DNA of 64,000 nt, taken from assembly GCA_024233495.1 (NCBI GenBank), contig JACKPM010000003.1:231331-295330 (forward strand), read 5' to 3'. A model generated the notes under the pieces. That model made no database searches. It was not told the origin of the DNA and saw only the letters and a list, made by a program, of their open reading frames with translations. How positions within the stretch are numbered: the first letter of the stretch is position 1; each line of letters starts with the position of its first letter. The translations under genes were made by a program, and so were the position numbers. Source of the stretch: Chlamydiales bacterium. Lineage in GTDB: Bacteria; Chlamydiota; Chlamydiia; Chlamydiales; JAAKFR01. This document shows, one piece after another, positions 37,025 to 43,808 of this stretch.

Positions 37025-37976
37025 AGTTGCTATAGTAGGTGGGCCACACCTCTCTTTTTTGGATCACATCATTCCGCTTTGTGATCTTCTCGACATGCCG
37101 CTGTACGCTCCTGATGTGTGGGAGTGGACAATGCTTTATCCACATGTGCAAAAGGCGGAGGAGTTAGAAAGCTACGATACCTTCTTCTATGTGGAGCCCT
37201 CTCGTCTGCATGAGAGATGCTTTCAGTTCGGCAACCACTTCTTTGACCAAAAGAGGCGCTCTGTGTGTGGGTTGCATGGTAACTCAAACAAGTGCCGCGA
37301 TGCCTTTTGGGCTGAGCGCTTTCTAGAAGAGGATAGCGTGCTTCTGTATGGCCCTTACATGCAACAATTTTTCGAAGAGAAGGGGGTGTATAGCCGCCTC
37401 AAGAATCCCATTTTCTGCGGCAACTATCGCCTGTGCTATTATGAGAAGTACAAAGAGCACTTTCACATGAAGCTTCCAGGTGAGGGAAAAAAGATTTTGT
37501 ATGCTCCCACATGGAGCTTTGACGGTGCAACAGACAACTCTCCTTTCTTCACATGCTATCGCCGCCTTCTTGACCACGTCCCTTCTGGTTTCACTGTTTT
37601 AGTGAAGCTTCATCCCTATATGTACCGCCTCCACCCTCAAGAAGTTCAGCGGTTAATTGAAAAGTATGTCGATAACCCTCGCGTCTATTTCTTAGAAGAG
37701 ACACCCCTTGTCTATCCCATTTTGGATCAGATAGATATTTACATAGGAGATTACTCCTCAGTGGGCTATGATTTCTTGAGTTTTGATCGCCCTCTCTTTT
37801 TTTGGAGCGAAAACGTCGATCCACATCTATTGGAATGTGGGCACAAGATTCAAGAGGGAGAGATTTTCTCGCAGCTTGAGAAAGAGGGAAAGAGTGAGAA
37901 GAGGCAAGAGCTCTATCACCACTGTTTTGCCAACGTGGAGGACCTAGGTGAAAGGTTGCGGCATTGTTGTTCATGA
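37014..37976 (+). CDS. CDP-glycerol glycerophosphotransferase family protein (TagB/TagF-like), copy 1
   Basis: ATG 37014 overlaps the upstream stop by 11 nt. Family blocks present: KKILYAPTWS, VKLHPYMY and IYIGDYSSVGYDFLSFDRPLFF. Confidence 0.75.
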   Translation: MDSRVAIVGGPHLSFLDHIIPLCDLLDMPLYAPDVWEWTMLYPHVQKAEELESYDTFFYVEPSRLHERCFQFGNHFFDQKRRSVCGLHGNSNKCRDAFWAERFLEEDSVLLYGPYMQQFFEEKGVYSRLKNPIFCGNYRLCYYEKYKEHFHMKLPGEGKKILYAPTWSFDGATDNSPFFTCYRRLLDHVPSGFTVLVKLHPYMYRLHPQEVQRLIEKYVDNPRVYFLEETPLVYPILDQIDIYIGDYSSVGYDFLSFDRPLFFWSENVDPHLLECGHKIQEGEIFSQLEKEGKSEKRQELYHHCFANVEDLGERLRHCCS

Positions 37977-38904
37977 GGTGGCGTTTCTCGACCACATCGT
38001 TCCGCTTTTGCAGACGCTTGGTTTTCCCCTCGTCGTATGCGACCCATTTTTGAAGGAGATGGTGGAAATTTATTATCCTCCCATGGAAGTGATCGTTGCA
38101 AAGGATTTTTGCCTTGACGATGTGCTCGCTCCTTTTGACACTTATATCTACTCTGAGTTTTATCGTAGACCCACTGGCTTTTTCCAATTTGGGGATCACT
38201 TTGCGTCAGGTCCAGCGCGCTCGCTCTTTCTTTTCCATGGCCATAGTGACAAGTTTCGTGACTTGCACTGGATAGAGCAGCTTGCAGGAGAGGATATTGT
38301 GCTTGTCTATGGCCCACAGTTCTATGAGTGGATGTGTGCAACGGGCATTGTGAGGCGCATCCGCCACCATATCTTTTGCGGCAACTATAGGCTAGAGTTC
38401 TACAAACAAAATCGCGAGTTTTTCAAAAGGGAGCTGAAGGGGAAAAAGCGTGTTTTGTACGCCCCCACATGGAGCTCTCCTGTGAAAAGCAGTGGGCGGA
38501 GTCGGCACTACTCCAATGTTGTGGAGGTATATGAAGGGGTGAAGGAGGCGCTTTGCGACTACGACCTCTATATCAAATTGCACCCCTACTTCGAAAAGTT
38601 GATGCCCCAGGAGGCACAGCGCATCAAAGGGGATCAATTGGGGCCGGTGATCTATTCCATCTTGGAGGAGACAGATATCTTTCTTGGCGATTATAGCTCC
38701 ATTGCCTACGACTTTTTATATTTTGAGCGCCCCATTTGTCTCTTTGGGTGGGACAAGCCATGGGCAACGCAGGTAAGTGTAGAGAATTTGCGGGAGAAAA
38801 TCGAAAGGCCTCCTTGCCCTGGACAAAAAGAGGCGTATACGCATGCTTATGGAGAAAAGAAGAGTCTAGAAACCCTTCGAAAGGAGATCCTGGATGCGTA
38901 TTGA
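37948..38904 (+). CDS. CDP-glycerol glycerophosphotransferase family protein (TagB/TagF-like), copy 2
   Basis: GTG start with a 29-nt overlap. Blocks present: KRVLYAPTWS, IKLHPYFEKL and IFLGDYSSIAYDFLYFERPI. The N-terminus (VAFLDHIVPLLQTLGFPL) parallels copy 1 (LSFLDHIIPLCDLLDMPL). Confidence 0.75.
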   Translation: MKGCGIVVHEVAFLDHIVPLLQTLGFPLVVCDPFLKEMVEIYYPPMEVIVAKDFCLDDVLAPFDTYIYSEFYRRPTGFFQFGDHFASGPARSLFLFHGHSDKFRDLHWIEQLAGEDIVLVYGPQFYEWMCATGIVRRIRHHIFCGNYRLEFYKQNREFFKRELKGKKRVLYAPTWSSPVKSSGRSRHYSNVVEVYEGVKEALCDYDLYIKLHPYFEKLMPQEAQRIKGDQLGPVIYSILEETDIFLGDYSSIAYDFLYFERPICLFGWDKPWATQVSVENLREKIERPPCPGQKEAYTHAYGEKKSLETLRKEILDAY

Positions 38905-39652
38905 CATTTTAACGCGCAATTCTTTGCCCTATACGTTTGAAAATTATGCAGCGACGCTCTTAGAGGAAGAGTTAGAAAAAAAAGGCATCGAGTGCCGTCG
39001 CATCTCCGACTTGGGTCCCTATCTCTATGAGGTGCGCGCGAATCCTCCAGATTGGACCCTTGCCTTTGAGGATGTGATTGGGAAACAGACGCCTCTATGT
39101 GATATTTTGTGCATCCCACACTTTCACTGGGAGCGTGAATCGTTAGAAAGGGTCTCTCACTTGTTGCGCAGCCGCTTTGGTGAGGTGGGCTTTCATGAAA
39201 AGGTGGAAGGTGTGCACTATCTTCCTCTCCCAGCTCAAGTGCGTCCCCGACTAGAGCCACAATTTGAAGTTGTCGCATTTTTTGATGTGACAGAGAAGAG
39301 CGCTCCTTTTGTAGAAAAGTTTGAGTGTCGTGTGGATATTTTTGGTGCGCATAAGGGGAAGAACTGGCTTGTACGGCTGAAAAATGCAGAGCGTGTCCAC
39401 CTCCACATGCCCCTTCCTTACACTGAGAAATTGCGCGCCTTTCAGATGAGCGCGCTTTGCGTTGTGCCTCCCCATCTTTTCGCTCCCGCTGTTTTGTGTG
39501 GATGCCTTCCCGTTTCGGCAGAAAATGCGCAATACTTTCTTGAGAATGCTCTAGAGCGGGAAAAAGAGTGCGCGCGCTTGACTGAAAAGCTCCTTGCTTG
39601 CCATAGTTGGCCAGCTAAAACGGAGGAGCTCCTAAAATGTCTCTCTCGGTGA
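38894..39652 (+). CDS. Hypothetical protein, shorter paralog of the CgeB-like transferase at 40364
   Basis: 252 aa with an 11-nt overlap with the upstream gene. It is colinear with the 40364 gene: PDWTLAFEDV/PDLTFSFSDI, IPHFHW/IPHFTF, VDIFGAHKGKNW/LTIWGDGTWKKY and MPLPYTEKLRAFQMSALCV/PIPFEETLKVMSEAKCVLN. Confidence 0.55.
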   Translation: MRIDILTRNSLPYTFENYAATLLEEELEKKGIECRRISDLGPYLYEVRANPPDWTLAFEDVIGKQTPLCDILCIPHFHWERESLERVSHLLRSRFGEVGFHEKVEGVHYLPLPAQVRPRLEPQFEVVAFFDVTEKSAPFVEKFECRVDIFGAHKGKNWLVRLKNAERVHLHMPLPYTEKLRAFQMSALCVVPPHLFAPAVLCGCLPVSAENAQYFLENALEREKECARLTEKLLACHSWPAKTEELLKCLSR

Positions 39653-40392
39653 TTACCCCAACAGAAGAGCGTCCCACCTTTCTTCTCTCTCTTTATCAAG
39701 TGCTCTTGAGGCAAGAGAGCGGTGATTGGGAGTGGTTGATCTATGACTCTTCTCTTCGTCCGTGCAAAGAGCTTCTTCAGTACAATGATCCGCGCATTCA
39801 CTACATCCATGACCTTGACCGAAAGACTATTGGAGAGCGGCGCAATCTCCTTGTACAAAAAGCAAAGGGGGAGATCATCGTTCACTTTGATGACGATGAC
39901 TACTACGCGCCTCACTATCTTTCGACGATAAAAGAGGCGCTCAAAAAAGATGATTTTTTCCACATCCATTCATGGTTTGCCTACCACGCTGCCTCTCGGC
40001 AATTTTTCTATTGGGATAGCCAGGAGAAGACCAAAAGTCGCATGGCACTCAACCCCCTTGTAGGCGCACGTGTGCGAGAGATTGACTTTGGGCAAGAGGC
40101 GGCAGAGAATATGATCAAGCACGGCTATGGTTTTACTTTTGCCTATAGAAAGTATTTGGCAGAAAAATACCCCTTTCCTGCTGTTGATCTTGGTGAGGAT
40201 GAAAACTTTTTCAATCGCATTCCAAAAGAGAAAGTGGTCTCGATTGCGGATCGTGAGGGGCTTGCCCTTAAGGTGATTCACGACACCAACGTATCGTGCA
40301 TTTTTCCGCAGTTCATGATTCCCCGTTTTATGATTAAAACCGCCTTCCCCCACCTGGCTGCCCATGAAGATCGCTATCTTAGTCGGGGATAA
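39637..40392 (+). CDS. Glycosyltransferase family 2
   Basis: 251 aa with a 16-nt overlap. It has the GT-A start LSVITPTEERPTFL and an acidic DxD region, IIVHFDDDDYYAPHYL. Confidence 0.8.
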   Translation: MSLSVITPTEERPTFLLSLYQVLLRQESGDWEWLIYDSSLRPCKELLQYNDPRIHYIHDLDRKTIGERRNLLVQKAKGEIIVHFDDDDYYAPHYLSTIKEALKKDDFFHIHSWFAYHAASRQFFYWDSQEKTKSRMALNPLVGARVREIDFGQEAAENMIKHGYGFTFAYRKYLAEKYPFPAVDLGEDENFFNRIPKEKVVSIADREGLALKVIHDTNVSCIFPQFMIPRFMIKTAFPHLAAHEDRYLSRG

Positions 40393-41242
40393 CCCCTACG
40401 GTACGACGCCCATTTTTGCGAAAGGGCTTGCAAAAGCGTTGCGTCGCCTCGATGTGGATGTGGATCTTCACTATGTAGGCGATGGTCACTTTTTCCATGC
40501 CTTCTATGACATGCTCGCTGACCCCCCCGATCTTACCTTCTCTTTTTCTGACATTCGGGGTTTGAATTGGGGTATTCCTCACTTCACCTTTGCACTCGAC
40601 CCCGTCTATTTTTACCGCCACCAAAAAGGGATTTTAACCTGTGTGGATGAGGAAGATGCAAAGCGAGCCGGCATTCCTTTTCTTCCGCATGCTTATGACC
40701 CTATGGAGGTTGAAGAAAAAGAGCGCATTTACGATACAGTCTTTTTTGGTAGCTGCTTCGAGCTCGATTTTCCTGCGCATATTGTCAAGAAGGGGGAGCG
40801 CGTTTTGCATGGAGAGTTGGCCGAGTGGGATGACGATTTTCTGCTTGTTGATCGCTATGTGCGTGCAGTGGACCGCATCAAATTGTGCGAGCAGTTTGAA
40901 AATCTAACTATTTGGGGAGATGGCACTTGGAAAAAATATATTCCTCACGCTAAAATTCTTCCGCCTATTCCGTTTGAGGAAACCCTAAAAGTGATGAGTG
41001 AGGCAAAGTGCGTGCTCAATAGCTCTCCTCGCATACGGAATGGATTACATGAGCGCATCCTCTATGCTGCCCACTTGGGTTGCCGCGTCGTCACTGCTGA
41101 AAATGCGTGGACAACAGGCTTTCCACAAGGGGAATGGGAGAAGGCGAAAGAGTGCTCCTCACAGGTGAAGGGAGAGCATACTTGGGATGTGCGCGCAAAA
41201 CAGATCATGGAGGTCATAAATGGCATCACCAGTAGAGGGTAG
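40364..41242 (+). CDS. CgeB-like (Glyco_trans_1_2-type) glycosyltransferase
   Basis: 292 aa with a 29-nt overlap. The C-terminal block VLNSSPRIRNGLHERILYAAHLGCRVVT resembles the CgeB/DUF3880 GT-B C-terminal half. Confidence 0.55.
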   Translation: MKIAILVGDNPYGTTPIFAKGLAKALRRLDVDVDLHYVGDGHFFHAFYDMLADPPDLTFSFSDIRGLNWGIPHFTFALDPVYFYRHQKGILTCVDEEDAKRAGIPFLPHAYDPMEVEEKERIYDTVFFGSCFELDFPAHIVKKGERVLHGELAEWDDDFLLVDRYVRAVDRIKLCEQFENLTIWGDGTWKKYIPHAKILPPIPFEETLKVMSEAKCVLNSSPRIRNGLHERILYAAHLGCRVVTAENAWTTGFPQGEWEKAKECSSQVKGEHTWDVRAKQIMEVINGITSRG

Positions 41243-41261
41243 TGCGGTTGTAGGGCAGGCA

Positions 41262-41507
41262 ATGCAACCTGGAACAAAAGCCAAAAGGGACCCTGCAGTT
41301 GAGAAAGCTCTTGAGATTCTCAGACGTCAGAAGCAACTTTTCTATGTAGTCATAGATGGCAGCAGCTGTTTTTGGGATGGTGAGGGAAAGATGTATAAAG
41401 TGAATGATATGACAAATGCACTTCTTGCTTCGGAGCAGCGAATGAAAATTCAATTTAGGGAGCTCAATGGGATGTGTACTTATTCTGTTACTTTGAAGGG
41501 GAATTAA
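41262..41507 (+). CDS. Small hypothetical protein
   Basis: 81 aa from ATG 41262; the track's 41220 start overlaps the upstream gene. No motif recognised. Confidence 0.35.
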   Translation: MQPGTKAKRDPAVEKALEILRRQKQLFYVVIDGSSCFWDGEGKMYKVNDMTNALLASEQRMKIQFRELNGMCTYSVTLKGN

Positions 41508-41697
41508 ATTGGGAGCATTGCGGGCATTTTGAGACTTTTTCCTCTGCAAGGTAGGAGAAGTGGCAATATTCGCAGCGCATCAGTTGTTCGCGCGCAGGAA
41601 GAGCTACCTTTTTGCGCGCTTTTTTGTGGGAAAGAAGCCAAATCGTGAAGCAGATGCCGAGCATGAGCGCGAGATAGATCATGAGGGCGGTGCTCAT
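41488..41697 (-). CDS. Small membrane-anchored zinc-ribbon protein
   Basis: 69 aa from the internal ATG. It reads MSTALMIYLALMLGICFTIWLL (TM), a basic stretch, then CEYC...x13...CPQC (two CxxC pairs). The ATG lies 1 nt after the stop of the upstream gene. Confidence 0.45.
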   Translation of the reverse strand: MSTALMIYLALMLGICFTIWLLSHKKARKKVALPAREQLMRCEYCHFSYLAEEKVSKCPQCSQFNSPSK

Positions 41698-41698
41698 C

Positions 41699-42091
41699 TC
41701 AATCGTGATCAAAGTCCACCTCCAAAGGTATATACTCAAATGCCTCAATTTCAGAGAAGTCGGGTTCATAGCATAAAAACTCGTGATCGCTCTCAAGCGA
41801 GCAGATCACACCTGGAAGCGTCACTTGGTAGAGAGTAGGCGTCTCAAGTTGGACAAAAGAGGGGGCCTCTTTGATTGGCTGTGTTGTCCCCAGATCAATC
41901 ACAACAGATGAGGGGGTACGTGGCTCTCCATCAAAGGTAGGAGTAGGAGAGACAACACGAAAAACGACCAGAAATAGAACATGGAAAACAAGCGCGATCC
42001 CAAACCCTTTCAGCAGGTTGGGGGAGAAACGGCGCTCTTTGCGCACCAGAAGAAAGCGCACATCCTCTTTTTCTCTCTTGACTCTGAGCAT
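41699..42091 (-). CDS. Hypothetical N-terminally anchored protein (TonB/TolA-like topology)
   Basis: 130 aa with a basic N-terminus, the TM segment GFGIALVFHVLFLVVF, then a Pro/Thr-containing linker. No family-level motif. Confidence 0.4.
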   Translation of the reverse strand: MLRVKREKEDVRFLLVRKERRFSPNLLKGFGIALVFHVLFLVVFRVVSPTPTFDGEPRTPSSVVIDLGTTQPIKEAPSFVQLETPTLYQVTLPGVICSLESDHEFLCYEPDFSEIEAFEYIPLEVDFDHD

Positions 42092-42135
42092 GCGCTCAGC
42101 ATAGAAAAGGGTTTTAATATTTACAAGGTAGTGAG

Positions 42136-42753
42136 ATGCGTTATTTACTTTTACTTTTGTTATGTACAGCAGTTTATGCCTCCCCCATTGACAAGTTGAT
42201 GGAAGGGAATCATCGCTTCATGAATGAAAATATCAAGTGCATTGACCGTGATACAGAGCGGCGAGAGAATACAGCCTTTGTCCAAAAGCCATTTGCAATT
42301 GTGTTGACGTGCGCTGATTCAAGGGTGGCTCCAGAGATTGTTTTTGATCAGGGAATTGGGGATCTTTTTGTGGTGCGTGTAGCAGGCAACGTAGTGACAC
42401 CTGCAGTGTTGGAAAGTATTGACTATTCAGCTGTAGCTCTCAACTCCTCTTTGATTGTGGTGATGGGACATCAAAGGTGTGGGGCTGTTGCTGCTGTGAT
42501 GGATCACCACACAGAGTTGATTCCCCATTTGGCGATGAGAATTGATCCTGCGACAAAGATGTTTCCCCGCAACCTGGAAAAGGCAGTGAAGCAAAATGCG
42601 CGCATACAGCGTGATTTGCTGCTGAAGGCGCCACACATCTCCAAGCTTGTAGAGAAAGGAGAGTTGGAAGTTGTAGCCGCGTATTACGACTTTGACACAG
42701 GTCAAGTGGTGGTCTTGGACAGAAAAGAGGCATCGACAAGTTCCCAAGGGTAG
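42136..42753 (+). CDS. Beta-class carbonic anhydrase with signal peptide
   Basis: 205 aa with the signal-like N-terminus MRYLLLLLLCTAVYASP. Zinc and active-site motifs are CADSRV (C-x-D-x-R) and GHQRCGAV (H-x-x-C). Confidence 0.9.
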   Translation: MRYLLLLLLCTAVYASPIDKLMEGNHRFMNENIKCIDRDTERRENTAFVQKPFAIVLTCADSRVAPEIVFDQGIGDLFVVRVAGNVVTPAVLESIDYSAVALNSSLIVVMGHQRCGAVAAVMDHHTELIPHLAMRIDPATKMFPRNLEKAVKQNARIQRDLLLKAPHISKLVEKGELEVVAAYYDFDTGQVVVLDRKEASTSSQG

Positions 42754-42763
42754 TTTTTCCAAG

Positions 42764-43180
42764 TCATAAGGGGGTTGTGTAGCAAAGGCGGAGCTTCACG
42801 TGCGCCTCTTGCGCCGCACTGAAAAGGCGCAAAAAGTCGCCATACTCCACTTCTTTATCAATACTTAGGACAACAGTTTTGTCTGCTTCAGGAGGGAGCT
42901 TCTCAATCTCTTTGAGGAGCGCCGATTTGAATGAGCTCATATCAACGATCTCTTTGCGGCTGCCGACATAGATAACGTTTTGCGCATCCATGACCACAAG
43001 CACTTGCGCTGTGCGAGGAGGGGAGGGGAGATCCACTTCAGGAAGTGAGATATTGAGTGATTTGAGTGGAAGGATGTCAGAGGTGACGAGAAAAAAGACG
43101 AGCATTAAAAGCACGACATCGACAAGGGGAGTGAGGTCGATGAGCGCGCTTGTGGGTTTCAATTTCGACTTAAATTGCAT
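42764..43180 (-). CDS. ExbD/TolR biopolymer transport protein
   Basis: Start taken at MQFKSKLKPTS (43180). It has LIDLTPLVDVVLLMLVFFLVT as the TM segment plus a periplasmic domain. It overlaps the upstream TolQ-like gene. Confidence 0.85.
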   Translation of the reverse strand: MQFKSKLKPTSALIDLTPLVDVVLLMLVFFLVTSDILPLKSLNISLPEVDLPSPPRTAQVLVVMDAQNVIYVGSRKEIVDMSSFKSALLKEIEKLPPEADKTVVLSIDKEVEYGDFLRLFSAAQEAHVKLRLCYTTPL

Positions 43181-43808
43181 AGCTCTCTTTGTGTGTGAGT
43201 AGATCAACAACTTCAGAGGAGGTCATCTGCATTTCGAGCATAATGGCGTTAATACGGCTCACCAAGTAGTTGTAGGCTACAACAGTGGGAATAGCAACGA
43301 CAAGGCCAGCTGCAGTTGTCACAAGGGCGTATTCCATCGCCTCTCCCACCCGAGTTGTAGAGATGTCCATCAGGCCAGAGACGCGCATCTCAGAGAAGGC
43401 TTGAATGAAGCCGATCACCGTTCCTAGCAATCCAATGAGTGGTGCGATGTGTGCAATGACAGAGAGGATTTTTGCATTTTTTTCAAGGCGGGCAATTTCA
43501 CAAAGCCCCGCCACCTCCATTGAGTTTTCGATCTCATCTTTTGGCCGGTCATGCTTGAGGAGGCCTGCGCGCAAAATGTTGGAGACTGCACCCTCTTTTT
43601 CTTCACAGACGCGGATCGCCTCCATGATGTTTTGCTCCCGTATTGCCTTGCGCAAGCTGATTACAAGTGTATTTGAGTCCACCTCTGCCTTTCTAAGAAA
43701 GAGGAGGCGTTCAAAGAAGATTGCCATGCCGATAAGAGAGCATCCTGCAATCACCACAAGTACAGTATTCCACTCTGTGAAGTAGCGAGAGATGTTAGTC
43801 CAATCCAT
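43170..43808 (-). CDS. MotA/TolQ/ExbB proton-channel protein
   Basis: 212 aa with 3 TM segments and the signature APLIGLLGTVIGFIQAF. Confidence 0.9.
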   Translation of the reverse strand: MDWTNISRYFTEWNTVLVVIAGCSLIGMAIFFERLLFLRKAEVDSNTLVISLRKAIREQNIMEAIRVCEEKEGAVSNILRAGLLKHDRPKDEIENSMEVAGLCEIARLEKNAKILSVIAHIAPLIGLLGTVIGFIQAFSEMRVSGLMDISTTRVGEAMEYALVTTAAGLVVAIPTVVAYNYLVSRINAIMLEMQMTSSEVVDLLTHKESYAI

